Of a stretch of 64,000 bases of DNA, positions 10,837-21,105 are shown piece by piece. The notes below the pieces were generated by a model that made no database searches, was not told the origin of the DNA, and saw only the letters and a program-made list of their open reading frames with translations. This stretch comes from a virus: positions 32,001 to 96,000 of IMG/VR virus record IMGVR_UViG_3300010354_015978. One strand, written 5' to 3'. Both the position numbers and the translations under genes were made by a program. Each line of letters opens with the position of its first letter. Position 1 is the stretch's first letter.

Positions 10837-12445
10837 GTTTGATGTTTTTTATCTAGACCGGCCCACTGGATTGTTCCCGCATGAGCGCTGGGCGCGTGAC
10901 CTTGATCATGCGCGGGCCCAAAGCGGTACCCGATACTGCTGGGTGCTGGATTACTTATCGGACTATCGGGGCTTTGATTTCCTTTGGGAACCCGCACCCT
11001 GGCAGAGCCATCAGGCACATGCCTGGCCCAGTCAGCATCAGGTCACGGGTGGTACATGGTTGTTGCCCAGACAGGGCTACAGTGACGTCAATCGTGAACA
11101 TGATCCTGTGCCACGACGTGCCTCGGTACCTCGTCTGCACATACATCATTGTGCTGCGACACTAGATCATGGTGATGCCAACACGCGCTATATTTCCAGT
11201 TACCTGGGCACTCTGCGACGCGCTCTGTCCAAGACCGATTGGCAGCACTGCTGGGTTACCACGGACGTGTGCGACTACATGGGTTTTGATTTTTCTTGGC
11301 ATCCCAGCGAGTGGCAGCAGGATCTCTTGCATGTCTGGCACAGCGATGATCAAAAGTTCGGTGACACCTTTTACATTCATGTGCCCACGTTTCTCGAGCG
11401 CAGCGAACGCCTACAGGCTCTGGAACACTATCCTGGACTGAACTTTGTGGATGTGTCAGTACCGCGCTGCCCCGTGCCCCAGATACGCTATAGTGAGCAT
11501 ACTGTGGTCAATGCCATACTCGCACACGAATTTGATACCCCCGTGGTACAGTTCCATCGCGAGCATGCCATTAACACCCCGCCGGCTGTGTGCCTGTGGC
11601 AGGAACGCACCAAAGCCGTTACGCCACTCAACACCAGCCACAGCACTGTGCTGGTACCTCGCGAAGCCAAGAACCATGTGCGCACCCAGGTCTATGACTA
11701 TGCCTGGTTGGATCGCGACAAGATCATGTACCCCGATGCTCCCCTGGACGTGGTATTCATCAGCAATGGCGAGCCCAGGGCCCAAGAGTTCTATCAACAG
11801 TTGGTGCGATCGGTACAAAGCCGTGGATACACCAACAACATACACTGGGTCCGGGATGTAGCCGGCCGGGTCGCGGCCTATCATGCAGCAGCTCGGGCCA
11901 GCATGACACCCTGGTTCTTTGCGGTGTTTGCCAAGTTATGGGTGTCAGAAGAGTTTGATTGGTCATGGCAGCCCGACTACCTACAACAACCCAAGCACTA
12001 CATCTTTCATGCGGTCAACATGGCAAACCGATTGGAATACGGGCACCAGGCCATGATAGCCTACAATCGCGACTTGGTGTTGGCCAATCCTGGCCTGGGG
12101 CTGGACTTTACGCTGGATTCACCACACCAAGTGGTGCCCGTGCTGTCGGGGCGCGCCATCTCTACGTCGGCCTGGCAGGCCTGGCGCACAGCGTTCCGTG
12201 AAGTGATAAAACTGCGGCACAGCCTGCCCGACATAGACAGCGAATATCGCATCTCGCAGTGGGTGTTGCCCAATCCACGCCAGCAAGAGCTCTATGGTGA
12301 AGACTGGAGCGCTCTGGGCGCCCAGGATGCCCTGGCCTACTACGACGAAGTGGGTGGTGACTTTGACGCCCTGCGTCTCAGTTATGAGTGGTCTTGGCTG
12401 GCGAGCTATGCGCTGTTACGGCGTGGGCTCGCACCTGATCAATGA
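10835..12445 (+). CDS. Hypothetical multi-domain protein, possibly glycosyltransferase-related (536 aa)
   Basis: Long ORF with repeated FDF.W.P..W motifs and a DVVFISNGEP domain. Confidence 0.65.
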   Translation: MFDVFYLDRPTGLFPHERWARDLDHARAQSGTRYCWVLDYLSDYRGFDFLWEPAPWQSHQAHAWPSQHQVTGGTWLLPRQGYSDVNREHDPVPRRASVPRLHIHHCAATLDHGDANTRYISSYLGTLRRALSKTDWQHCWVTTDVCDYMGFDFSWHPSEWQQDLLHVWHSDDQKFGDTFYIHVPTFLERSERLQALEHYPGLNFVDVSVPRCPVPQIRYSEHTVVNAILAHEFDTPVVQFHREHAINTPPAVCLWQERTKAVTPLNTSHSTVLVPREAKNHVRTQVYDYAWLDRDKIMYPDAPLDVVFISNGEPRAQEFYQQLVRSVQSRGYTNNIHWVRDVAGRVAAYHAAARASMTPWFFAVFAKLWVSEEFDWSWQPDYLQQPKHYIFHAVNMANRLEYGHQAMIAYNRDLVLANPGLGLDFTLDSPHQVVPVLSGRAISTSAWQAWRTAFREVIKLRHSLPDIDSEYRISQWVLPNPRQQELYGEDWSALGAQDALAYYDEVGGDFDALRLSYEWSWLASYALLRRGLAPDQ

Positions 12446-13514
12446 TGTAGTCCACCTGCAGGTCCGTGAGCTCGGGATACAGGGGCAGGCTCAACACACG
12501 ACGGGCCAGAGCACTGGCCCTGCTGAGTATACCGGGACCCGCGCACTGACGGAACTCGCCCAGTTCATGCAGGGGCTGCGCATAATGCACTCGTGTGTCG
12601 ATGCCGTGCTGCGCAAATTGCTGACGCAGCACATCGCGATCATCCACATCAATCACGAACTTCTGCAAGGCATGTCCGCGGATGTTGTCGCGCGTGACCA
12701 GGCATCGTACCGGTGTGTTGTTGAGTTGTTCCATCCAGTAGGTGGCGATCTTTTGCCTGCGCGCCTGCCACTGGTCCACATACTGTGTCTTGATCATCAG
12801 CACCGCGCAATCCAGCTCGCTCATGCGGCTGTTGGTGCCTGACACACGGTGATAGGGCTTGCCATTGTCTCTCCAACTCTCGGCAAAGTCCGCCAGCTCG
12901 CTGTCATTGGTCAGCACAGCGCCGCCATTGCCCATGGCTGCGAGATTTTTCATGGGATCAAAGCTCACGGCTGCATCGCCGATGCGCTGACAGTCGTCTG
13001 ACAGCCAGTGCTGTGCAGCATCCTCCAGCAACAGCCTGGGACTCTGCCAGGCCTGCTGCCAGGCACGGAAACTATTGAGTCCCAGATATTCACTGACCCC
13101 GGCACCATACAGTCCCACCAGCATCACAGCGTTGAAAGTGCTATCACCCGCGCGAGTCACATCCATGATGCCACGTTCGTCGGTGTCGGCAAACACTACT
13201 TCCCAGCCTGATCGCATGAAAGCATTGGCCGAAGCAGCATAGGTCAGCGCAGGCACCAGTATCCTGGGCGGATCCATGACGTGTTGCAGCGCATGATACT
13301 GGGCCAGGCACTCCAGCGCCTGTGTGCCGCTGTGTACCGTGATGGCATGACGCACACGGTTGCGCTGGGCCAACCAGGCCTCGAACTCCGCTGTGTAGTT
13401 GCCGTTCATGAGCTGACCCGATCGCAACACTTCATCGGTGCGATCCAGGATCTCGCTGCGCAGATTGCTATACTGTTTTTGGAGACCAGTAAAGGGAATT
13501 TTTAAGCCAGTCAT
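12378..13514 (-). CDS. DegT/DnrJ/EryC1/StrS PLP-dependent sugar aminotransferase
   Basis: SGTQAL, EDAAQ, SFDPMKNL..MGNGG, GTNSRMSE, LSLPLYPEL. Confidence 0.93.
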   Translation of the reverse strand: MTGLKIPFTGLQKQYSNLRSEILDRTDEVLRSGQLMNGNYTAEFEAWLAQRNRVRHAITVHSGTQALECLAQYHALQHVMDPPRILVPALTYAASANAFMRSGWEVVFADTDERGIMDVTRAGDSTFNAVMLVGLYGAGVSEYLGLNSFRAWQQAWQSPRLLLEDAAQHWLSDDCQRIGDAAVSFDPMKNLAAMGNGGAVLTNDSELADFAESWRDNGKPYHRVSGTNSRMSELDCAVLMIKTQYVDQWQARRQKIATYWMEQLNNTPVRCLVTRDNIRGHALQKFVIDVDDRDVLRQQFAQHGIDTRVHYAQPLHELGEFRQCAGPGILSRASALARRVLSLPLYPELTDLQVDYIIDQVRAHAVTAHSSPAKTTHN

Positions 13515-14442
13515 GATAGGCCTGGAATCCTTGTTCCACATCCACCTGTGGGTTGAAGTCAAAGTCACGTCGCGCAGCGTCGATGTTGAGCGCGCCACGG
13601 CTGGGGAAGTCCTGGTCTCGATCCAGGCATTCGATGCTGCCACGTCCAGCGATCCTCACGGCCAATTTGGCAGCATCCAACAGGGTGCGACTGTGGCTCT
13701 TGGTGATGTTGTAGGTGCGATTGGCAGTGTTGTTGCTCAAGGCCGCAGCCACAATGCCGGCAGCAGCATCATCCACGTAGGTGAAGTCCAGGGTCTCTTG
13801 TGCGCCTCGCACCTGCAGAGCGCGACCTTGCATGGCCTGCAACAGGAAGCGAGATATCACTCGATCGCCCATGTCCAAGGGACCGTACACAGCACTGGGA
13901 CGCAGGATCACATGTTCAAAAGCACCCCGGCGCGTGTAGTCGCGCAGCAGCATCTCGCCTGCCAGTTTCATGATGCCATACTGTCCTTGGGGATGGCAGG
14001 GTGCATCTTCGCGCACGTCGTCTTGGAAATCTCCGTACACCATGCTGCTGCTGGCATACACCAACCTTGACACCGAGTTCTTTCGCGCCAGTTCACACAG
14101 GGTCAATGTGCCCTGCATCATGGTACGTGCAGCAAGATCGGGATTGGCACCCACGACCTTTTGTCGCGGAAAACTGGCCAGGTGTATGATGATGTCGGGA
14201 CGCTGTTCTTCCAGCACGATGCGAGTGGCCCGTGCATCTGCGATGTCGCTGACAAACAGGCGCGTGTTGGCATCGATGCGGCGCTCACGCTCCTGCATGA
14301 GATAATCTACTTCCGCGGGATCCAGAACTTCGTAGTTGGTAAGGTTGTCTATCACACTGACTGTGTGTTGTTGCTGCTGCAACTGTCTCACCACGTTGTG
14401 TCCGATCAAACCCAGGCCACCGGTCACCAATACTTTAGCCAT
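13468..14442 (-). CDS. NAD-dependent epimerase/dehydratase
   Basis: VTGGLGLIG Rossmann motif, SSSMVYG, YGIMK (YxxxK). Confidence 0.93.
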   Translation of the reverse strand: MAKVLVTGGLGLIGHNVVRQLQQQQHTVSVIDNLTNYEVLDPAEVDYLMQERERRIDANTRLFVSDIADARATRIVLEEQRPDIIIHLASFPRQKVVGANPDLAARTMMQGTLTLCELARKNSVSRLVYASSSMVYGDFQDDVREDAPCHPQGQYGIMKLAGEMLLRDYTRRGAFEHVILRPSAVYGPLDMGDRVISRFLLQAMQGRALQVRGAQETLDFTYVDDAAAGIVAAALSNNTANRTYNITKSHSRTLLDAAKLAVRIAGRGSIECLDRDQDFPSRGALNIDAARRDFDFNPQVDVEQGFQAYHDWLKNSLYWSPKTV

Positions 14443-14674
14443 GTCGCAATCTCCAAAAAGTCAAGTCAGCCCCATCCAGCCAGGCCACGATGTCGTATCG
14501 GTAGCCCCAGGCATCCTGGCTCATGCTCCGGCGCCACATGGGCTGCTGCTTGCTGTGTTCCATGATCCAGCGACCTTCGTCGGTCTGCTGCCACTGCCAG
14601 ATAGGATCGGCTACGAAAAGATCAGGGTCTTCCACATCGCCCATGCTGATGGTGTGTACCACTACTGGCTGCAT
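14435..14674 (-). CDS. Hypothetical protein
   Basis: Short ORF MQPVVVHTISMGDVEDPDL in the operon. Confidence 0.65.
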   Translation of the reverse strand: MQPVVVHTISMGDVEDPDLFVADPIWQWQQTDEGRWIMEHSKQQPMWRRSMSQDAWGYRYDIVAWLDGADLTFWRLRHG

Positions 14675-14690
14675 ACACTCTAGTGTAGCA

Positions 14691-15383
14691 TTATCCTGCT
14701 GAGTCAGCAACGAAGTCTGATGCCATGGGGAATACCTGGGCAATGACTTGCGCACAGGCTCGCGCCACTTCTTGATGTTCTTTTTGTGTGCCGTGTCCGC
14801 TGCGCAGTTCTATGAAATGGATCCAACTGCGCAGGGTACCATTCATGTAGAGTCTGCTTTCTACAAGCCCTTCTGGTAGCACGGCCCGAGCCTGCTCTTT
14901 GGCGATGCCATTGCGGGCCGCCCACTCGTATACTTCACGGGCCTTGTTGATGACTTCCAGTTGCTTGGTGTGCCAGACCTTGGCCAGTTCCTGGGCCTCG
15001 GTGTCAGTGGGGTCAAGCTCTATGCTGTTTTGTCGATTCTTGGTGTCTTGTAGCCGTGCTTCTCTAACCACGAAATCGAGGTCTCGAGTTGGGTCAGCAT
15101 ATCTCTGGCTGAATTCCTGGAATGAGAAACTTCTGTGTCGGAGGATTTGTCGGGCGATGTCTCGGGTGGTGCGGATTTCAAGACATGCTGACACCATTTC
15201 GAGCGGGCTCCAGTGTTGGTGTCGTACCAGGTATCGTATGAGCCGTTGGGATGTTTCGCTGTTAAATTGGTTGCTGGGATTGCTGACACGGGCGCAATAC
15301 GCGATGAGTTCTTGCGCATCCGTGAGGCCCAGATCTCTAAATTCCTCAGTGGGTTGGCTGTGGGATACGAGACGAACATTCAT
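14691..15383 (-). CDS. thyX: FAD-dependent thymidylate synthase
   Basis: RHRSFSFQEFSQRY signature, EQARAVLP, LRSW. Confidence 0.97.
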   Translation of the reverse strand: MNVRLVSHSQPTEEFRDLGLTDAQELIAYCARVSNPSNQFNSETSQRLIRYLVRHQHWSPLEMVSACLEIRTTRDIARQILRHRSFSFQEFSQRYADPTRDLDFVVREARLQDTKNRQNSIELDPTDTEAQELAKVWHTKQLEVINKAREVYEWAARNGIAKEQARAVLPEGLVESRLYMNGTLRSWIHFIELRSGHGTQKEHQEVARACAQVIAQVFPMASDFVADSAG

Positions 15384-15685
15384 TGTATACCTTTTAAGAG
15401 TTTGTCGGTTTCGGGCTGCAATCGTTCCGCCACGGCTTCCACATCCAGCACGAATTCCATGCTGGCGATGTGTTGCTCGTTATCGCGGATGTAGCGATCC
15501 ACGATGTTTTCTACCACGGCCGGGGCTGCGCCTTGATCGCGCAGTTTACGTAGATTGATAGTGCGTTGTCTGCGATCCTGTGTGCGGAATATGATCTTCT
15601 TGACACATTCAATTGGTACATGCTCTTTGTCAACTTGCTCTACGATGTCTTCCCAGCGTTTTAGGAAGTCATTAGTTAGCAGCAT
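15380..15685 (-). CDS. Hypothetical protein
   Basis: ORF overlapping both neighbours. Confidence 0.7.
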   Translation of the reverse strand: MLLTNDFLKRWEDIVEQVDKEHVPIECVKKIIFRTQDRRQRTINLRKLRDQGAAPAVVENIVDRYIRDNEQHIASMEFVLDVEAVAERLQPETDKLLKGIQ

Positions 15686-16370
15686 CCGCCACCGCCTTGA
15701 CTTTAGCAGGACGACCACGCTTGGGTTTGGCGGCTTCGCTAGGCACTCCAGTGAGACCAGCGGCTTGACTCATGAGACGCTCGGCTTCGGCCAATAGCCC
15801 TTTGGCTTCTCGGCTCATGCGTTCGGCCTGTGTCTGCAGGTCACGAGCCAAGGCAGCATCGTCCAAGGCCCGGGCAGCATCACTGCCGGCCACTGTGGAA
15901 CTGCCTTGACGCACTTGATCAATGGGCGCACCTACCTCGCGACCGAACTCATCGCGCGGGCGAACCTTGCCGGTCATGCCCTTGTTGGCATCCAGTTCGG
16001 CCAATCGCTTGATGGCCTGTTCGCCTGCGTTCATCTCGCGCAGGATGTTGTTCATCTCTTCCAGGTTCACATGGCTGCTGGGATTGGGCGTGACCACCAC
16101 TTGTTTGGTCTGCACCTTTTTCAGCATGCCCTCGGCGTGCAGGGTCTGCAGCATGGGGCGTCCATCGTTGAACAGTTCACGGAACAGCACATCAGCAAGA
16201 CTGTCGGCGTTTTGTGCCACCGGGCCTTCGATCACGCGCATCATGGTGTCGTGCATGGCTACCGGCAGCGTGTCGGTGTATACCAACAGCGTCATGTGTT
16301 CTTCACCGGGCACTTCCCGGAATACTATGGCTACCTTGCGGTCGCCGTGTCTACCTACGTGCTTGATCAT
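15672..16370 (-). CDS. Hypothetical protein with basic C-terminal KRGRP motif
   Basis: 232 aa ORF with GGAG RBS; AT-hook-like tail. Confidence 0.75.
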   Translation of the reverse strand: MIKHVGRHGDRKVAIVFREVPGEEHMTLLVYTDTLPVAMHDTMMRVIEGPVAQNADSLADVLFRELFNDGRPMLQTLHAEGMLKKVQTKQVVVTPNPSSHVNLEEMNNILREMNAGEQAIKRLAELDANKGMTGKVRPRDEFGREVGAPIDQVRQGSSTVAGSDAARALDDAALARDLQTQAERMSREAKGLLAEAERLMSQAAGLTGVPSEAAKPKRGRPAKVKAVADAAN

Positions 16371-16588
16371 AAACTTTCTCCTTGGGACTCTTGTGGTATG
16401 TTGGGCAGATTATTCTGCGTCTGTTCCTGTGCCCGGGCTACTACGCCGTTCAGGAAGGCATCCAGTTTGTTGTACAGAGTGCCAATGGCTGCCATCTCGT
16501 TGGCTTTGAATGCTCCACGGCTCTGTGCCAGTTCCACGATTTCTCGTAGACCCGCTAAATCGTTGATGTTGAATTCTAGGTTATCCAT
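16367..16588 (-). CDS. Hypothetical protein
   Basis: ORF MDNLEFNIND preceded by TAAATA. Confidence 0.7.
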   Translation of the reverse strand: MDNLEFNINDLAGLREIVELAQSRGAFKANEMAAIGTLYNKLDAFLNGVVARAQEQTQNNLPNIPQESQGESL

Positions 16589-16603
16589 GCAGTTATTTAA
16601 TGC

Positions 16604-16637
16604 AAGAAAAACCCCGGTGAGCAAAACCCACCGGGGT
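16604..16637 (-). terminator. Intrinsic terminator
   Basis: ACCCCGGTG/CACCGGGGT stem followed by a U-tract on the minus strand. Confidence 0.8.
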
Positions 16638-16662
16638 AATCATGCGGTTCTGGACAAATTGA

Positions 16663-17934
16663 TCAGTCGTTGTCGCCGTACAGCGCAAACACACCAAAGG
16701 GCGGGCTGGGGTTTTTGTCACCGTGTATGATCCACACCGTGTCGCAGTAGTTCTCGTCGCCCCAGGAACCGCAGGGGTAACCGTCCGTGAACACTACCAG
16801 GCGTTTGGGTTCAATGTCCTGGGCCTTCATGAAGTTGAACATGCACTCAAAGTCTGTGCCGCCACCGCCCATGAGATCGTAGGTGTCGATGCTGTCCAGA
16901 TTCTCGCTGGTGAACACCTGCAGGTTGTAGACTTCTGTGTCAAAGCATGCCACCATGATACGGTAGGCATCAAAGGTCTCCATGATGCCGCGGATCTCGC
17001 TGAGGAAGTCGCGTCCCTGCTGCTCACCAATCGAGCCCGACATGTCCATAAACACCATGATGTCGATCATGTCGGTGTTCTTCATGCCCGGCATCACAGC
17101 ATCCACGTGCCAGCCCTTGCGCGAACTGCGCAGCCAAGTGTAGTCTGACTTGATGGTGCTCTCCAACTGCATGCGCAGGAGTTCGCGCCAGCTCATCTTG
17201 GGCTCGGTCAAGTTTTGGATGATGCGTTTGATGCCACCGGGCAAGGTACCAGCATCGCAAGTCTGCGCGGCGCTGAGTATGGCTTCCTTGATCTCGTCCT
17301 TGATCTTCTCGCGTTCTTCTTTGGTGAGTCGGGGACGTTTGCCGCCTTTACCGGGTTCCTTGCCTTCGCCGTCGCCCTCACCTTCATCACCGTCCAAGTG
17401 TTCGTCCAGCACACGGTCCAAGAGATCGCTGAGAGAGATCTTGTCGGCCTTTTCGTAGAGATCATCGTAGATCTCTTCCGATGCCTTGCCTTCGTATTTG
17501 GCGTCGTACAGGCACGGCACCGAAGTGATGAACTCGCCTACCTTGTGTTTCTTGAGATCGCCGTTGACAGCGAAATCATTGGCCACGTTCCACAACTGCG
17601 GATCGCGTTCGCCGCGCCGACCAAAATGGTCATAGCAAACGTGCAGTACCTCATGCCCAAACAGGAATTCGATCTCCTTGGGCTTGAGCATCTTGATGAA
17701 ACGAGTGTTGTAGTAAAAGTGGCGCCCGTCAGTGGCTGCGGTAGCACACCAGTCGTCGGCATTGACCAACTTGAGGCGCGTGGCAAGATTGCCAAAGAAC
17801 GAACTGCGCAACAACAAGCCCACGCGGGCAGTTACCAGGGTTTCACGTACTTCGCGATCCACCTTGGGATCGGTGGGACCGATGAGTTGGGCAAACTTCT
17901 TTGCCATGTCTTTGTTAGCGGTATCAGTGCTCAT
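16663..17934 (-). CDS. Metallopeptidase-like + VWA domain protein (DUF2201-type)
   Basis: HEVLH zincin motif, DMSGS MIDAS motif, GGGGTDF, FTDG. Confidence 0.88.
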   Translation of the reverse strand: MSTDTANKDMAKKFAQLIGPTDPKVDREVRETLVTARVGLLLRSSFFGNLATRLKLVNADDWCATAATDGRHFYYNTRFIKMLKPKEIEFLFGHEVLHVCYDHFGRRGERDPQLWNVANDFAVNGDLKKHKVGEFITSVPCLYDAKYEGKASEEIYDDLYEKADKISLSDLLDRVLDEHLDGDEGEGDGEGKEPGKGGKRPRLTKEEREKIKDEIKEAILSAAQTCDAGTLPGGIKRIIQNLTEPKMSWRELLRMQLESTIKSDYTWLRSSRKGWHVDAVMPGMKNTDMIDIMVFMDMSGSIGEQQGRDFLSEIRGIMETFDAYRIMVACFDTEVYNLQVFTSENLDSIDTYDLMGGGGTDFECMFNFMKAQDIEPKRLVVFTDGYPCGSWGDENYCDTVWIIHGDKNPSPPFGVFALYGDND

Positions 17935-17959
17935 CAAGATACTCCTTTACTGTAGTCTA

Positions 17960-17988
17960 ATTATATGGGATATCGCAATACCCGTCAA
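17960..17988 (-). promoter_or_regulatory. Sigma70 promoter
   Basis: TTGACG-N17-TATAAT followed by AAGGAG RBS. Confidence 0.85.
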
Positions 17989-18066
17989 CCGAAATAACTC
18001 ATTGAGAATCAATGACTTATAGCGACCGTGGTTCTAGCAAAATCAATGACTTACGTAGCCTAAGCG

Positions 18067-18417
18067 TCACTTGGTCCTGGGGTGCGCCATCATAAAGAAA
18101 CTCAGTTCCTTGTCCGTGGCCACGTAGATGCGGCATTGATTGTTGATGCCGTTGGTCCAACTCCAGTGCGGATTGATGACCAAGGGCATCTCCATTTCGT
18201 CCTTGAGCCAGTGATTGGTCTTGCTGACATACTCACGGATGTCGTCGTACTGGCGCACTTCGGCACTCCAGCCATAGGTGTTGAAGAACCACATCTGCGC
18301 TTCGGCAAAGTGCAAAGGTCCGTAGCCGGTGTGCATGCGGTTGGAAAATGCAATCTGGTACTGAAACAATTTGTTGTACCGATACCGCCCATCTAGTTTG
18401 GTGACTTGGTAATTCAT
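18067..18417 (-). CDS. Hypothetical protein
   Basis: 116 aa ORF with ATGA overlap. Confidence 0.7.
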   Translation of the reverse strand: MNYQVTKLDGRYRYNKLFQYQIAFSNRMHTGYGPLHFAEAQMWFFNTYGWSAEVRQYDDIREYVSKTNHWLKDEMEMPLVINPHWSWTNGINNQCRIYVATDKELSFFMMAHPRTK

Positions 18418-18653
18418 GATGCTCGACCCAGGTATTTAAGAGCGAATATGGTGGCATCGTAGGGATTGACGAAATGGAAATCTATGATCCAGCCGTTGGT
18501 CTCTACAAGGGGCGTCTGGGCTGAAACGAATCGCCACCGCTGACCCGGGCGACCAAAGTCTTTGGAAACCCGTTGCAGTAGATCTCGCACATCTTGATGA
18601 GAATAAGGTACGAACTCGTACCTTACTCGAGAAGTTGGGGTTGGGTCCGACAT
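18414..18653 (-). CDS. Hypothetical protein
   Basis: [13 protein letters not shown] with upstream GAGG. Confidence 0.6.
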   Translation of the reverse strand: MSDPTPTSRVRYEFVPYSHQDVRDLLQRVSKDFGRPGQRWRFVSAQTPLVETNGWIIDFHFVNPYDATIFALKYLGRAS

Positions 18654-18693
18654 AGCCCTATGTCCCTCGCGGTATGGACCCAACCCCGTTTTC

Positions 18694-19785
18694 TCAGGAG
18701 TTGGCTTGCAGGATGTACTTGCCGTAACGCTGGTGGAACTCGTCAAAGTTCTTGAGCTTGGTGGGCTGGAACGGCAGGTTGTAAGTAGTGAGCGCGATAC
18801 GCGCACCCATCACCACCAACTCAGTTTCAAAGTTGTCCATCATGAAGCGGAAGAAGTTGTCCGACATGTTGTGGAACTCCTTGTCCGGCACCTTGCGATT
18901 CTCGATGGCATCGCGCAGTTCGTAGCACATGGACGTCACAAGACTGTACATGGCGCTGACTTCTTTCACCGACAACTCTTTGGCTTTGCCAGCCAGGATG
19001 TCTTCGGGTTTGGGCAAGCGACTTGCGATCTTGCGGTGAGCCATGAACTTCACAGCCAGCCCTTCGCCCACAGTACCTGCGATCAAGTCCGTGGCAGTGA
19101 CATCTTCGATGTCCTCGTCTTCAATGATCTGGCTGACAAAATGCCAGGAGCGCGGAGTAGCAAATGCACGGCTGGAACTGCGAGCATCAAAGTCGTACAG
19201 GTCTTGCTTGGCGAAACTCAAGTAGCCCACTACGTCGGGATGTTCGCCGTTGCGCACAGCCCACTCCAACCAACTGGCAAAGTCCACGCGCATCTCACAG
19301 TGGACGAAGCGATTAGCCAGGGGAGTGGGCATGCGATACGTGACACCTTTGTCCGACTCGCGGTTACCGGCAGCGATCATGACCACATTGTCGGGCAAGC
19401 GATAGCGACCGATACCGCGGTTCAGCACCAACTGATAAGCCGCTGCCTGTACCGCGGGAGCCGCAGAGTTCATTTCGTCCATAAACAGCACCACCACCGG
19501 GTACTGGCTAGCCAACTCCGCATCGGGCAAGTCCACGGGCGGAGCCCAGTCCATGCGTCCGGTATCTTTGTTGTAGAAAGGGATGCCACGGATGTCAGTG
19601 GGATCCATTTGACCCAAGCGAAGGTCGATCATGAAGCCGCCCAGCTCTTGTGTGATGCTGGCTACAACTTCACTCTTGCCGATGCCGGGAGGACCCCACA
19701 AAAACATGGGACGCTTCTTGGCAAAGCACTTCATGATGGCTTTGCGGGCACCGATTGCGGTTACTGTACGATGTTCGACGGACAT
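18694..19785 (-). CDS. MoxR-like AAA+ ATPase
   Basis: Walker A GPPGIGKS, Walker B LFMDEMN, AAGN, LANRF; near the VWA gene. Confidence 0.92.
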   Translation of the reverse strand: MSVEHRTVTAIGARKAIMKCFAKKRPMFLWGPPGIGKSEVVASITQELGGFMIDLRLGQMDPTDIRGIPFYNKDTGRMDWAPPVDLPDAELASQYPVVVLFMDEMNSAAPAVQAAAYQLVLNRGIGRYRLPDNVVMIAAGNRESDKGVTYRMPTPLANRFVHCEMRVDFASWLEWAVRNGEHPDVVGYLSFAKQDLYDFDARSSSRAFATPRSWHFVSQIIEDEDIEDVTATDLIAGTVGEGLAVKFMAHRKIASRLPKPEDILAGKAKELSVKEVSAMYSLVTSMCYELRDAIENRKVPDKEFHNMSDNFFRFMMDNFETELVVMGARIALTTYNLPFQPTKLKNFDEFHQRYGKYILQANS

Positions 19786-19825
19786 AGGGCTTATCCTTTA
19801 GGGTTATTTACAAACTACAGAACAG

Positions 19826-19854
19826 AGTATACACGGGGTTGAATTGTGTGTCAA
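19826..19854 (-). promoter_or_regulatory. Sigma70 promoter of the AAA gene
   Basis: TTGACA-N17-TATACT. Confidence 0.85.
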
Positions 19855-19985
19855 GCCTTATTGTAGGCTCGCACTTGCCATTCGCCATTGCCCATCAGCC
19901 ACAACACCATGTTGGGATAGGTGTGCTGCGCCATGTACTGCTCGGCATAGCGACGACGGAATGTTGAATAAAGCACGGTGTACAT
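19851..19985 (-). CDS. Small hypothetical protein (44 aa, MYTVLYSTFRRRY...)
   Basis: ORF directly behind the promoter at 20014-20043. Confidence 0.55.
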   Translation of the reverse strand: MYTVLYSTFRRRYAEQYMAQHTYPNMVLWLMGNGEWQVRAYNKA

Positions 19986-20013
19986 ACAATCTCTATTTCC
20001 TTATTGTCCTCGT

Positions 20014-20043
20014 AGTTTACGACATCCTGGGATTTTCGGTCAA
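20014..20043 (-). promoter_or_regulatory. Sigma70 promoter
   Basis: TTGACC-N18-TAAACT. Confidence 0.7.
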
Positions 20044-20059
20044 CCAGATTAACTCTAAT

Positions 20060-20102
20060 AGAATCAATGACTTACAGGCGTCCAGCGTAAGTCATTGATT
20101 CT
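20060..20102. repeat. Inverted repeat AGAATCAATGACTTAC-N11-GTAAGTCATTGATTCT (promoter-linked motif)
   Basis: Perfect 16-bp inverted repeat; same motif at 18007, 18041, 45519/45540 and 46405. Confidence 0.85.
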
Positions 20103-20168
20103 CAAAGGATTCTTTTTGCGTGGAATCTGTGGTTTTTTCGCAACACTTGGGGTGGACTTAAATACAGC

Positions 20169-20402
20169 ATGACCCCGGCTCAGCAGCACCTACGCGACAG
20201 CGACATGACCTATTGGTATCATCTCAGGCACAGCCTGGGCAACAGCCTGACCTTGGCCAAGTTGGCCTTGACCAGTTTCGTGCATGCGTTCCTGCCGCAG
20301 GTATGGCCACAACATTCGGCGCGCGGTGTCATACGCATCTACAATCGCATGCGCAGGTACAGTCACCTGCGACGCCTGCAGAACGATCTACGAGACCTTT
20401 GA
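20169..20402 (+). CDS. DUF6356-like small protein
   Basis: H..D.DMTY..H......VHAFLP pattern; TAAATA upstream; paralog at 51246. Confidence 0.65.
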   Translation: MTPAQQHLRDSDMTYWYHLRHSLGNSLTLAKLALTSFVHAFLPQVWPQHSARGVIRIYNRMRRYSHLRRLQNDLRDL

Positions 20403-21080
20403 CCCGCGACCGCTGTAGACTTCGTGCGAAGTCAAGGCGCGCATCACAGTGACACCAGGCCATACCACGCTGTGGTCCGCCAACAGCATGGCACGACCAC
20501 GGCGAGCGATCACGGTTGAGCTGACCCCCACATACACATGATGTCCAATCTGCACGTTGCCGGTGAGCCTGGCGCCGATCTGTATCACGCTGTCAGGGCC
20601 CACAGTTACATCATGACTGACATAGGCCTGGTCACGTATGGTCACATGGTCATGCACCACAGCGCCATGGTTCACCATGGCTAGGGCACCCACGCGCACG
20701 TTGCGCCCAAATCTAGCACCGGGTGATATCACGGCAGTGGGATGTACGATGGTGGCGCCCACGAGGTTGAAGCGTGACATCCACTCCAGGTACTGCTCAC
20801 GTTTGGCGTTGTTGCGCTGGATGTCGGCATCGCGGCCCGGCTGCCAGCCAGTGGCCACAAAGAACTCGTATTGCTCGCGAGTGCCGGCTCTTAAGTATTC
20901 ATGATCGGGCAACAATGGTAGGCCATGTATACTGTCCTGGCCACGATAGTCACGGTCCATGATGCCATGCACCCGGCGACCCACCAGCTCAAGACTTTCC
21001 ACTACATTGGGCAAGGTGCTGCAATGGCCCATGATGATCACGGGCAGATGGTCTTCACGGATGGCTTGTATGGTGCGCAT
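20388..21080 (-). CDS. Sugar O/N-acetyltransferase (NeuD/PglD-like, hexapeptide repeat)
   Basis: ATIVHPTAVISPGA and left-handed beta-helix repeats. Confidence 0.8.
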   Translation of the reverse strand: MRTIQAIREDHLPVIIMGHCSTLPNVVESLELVGRRVHGIMDRDYRGQDSIHGLPLLPDHEYLRAGTREQYEFFVATGWQPGRDADIQRNNAKREQYLEWMSRFNLVGATIVHPTAVISPGARFGRNVRVGALAMVNHGAVVHDHVTIRDQAYVSHDVTVGPDSVIQIGARLTGNVQIGHHVYVGVSSTVIARRGRAMLLADHSVVWPGVTVMRALTSHEVYSGRGSKVS

Positions 21081-21105
21081 GTATAGATTTATCACCTAGT
21101 CAAGG

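Noticed and set aside
17995-18060. AATCAATGACTTA direct repeats as a mini-CRISPR or att site
   Set aside because: Only two 13-14 bp copies, no cas or integrase in the window; fixed promoter spacing favours a regulatory site.
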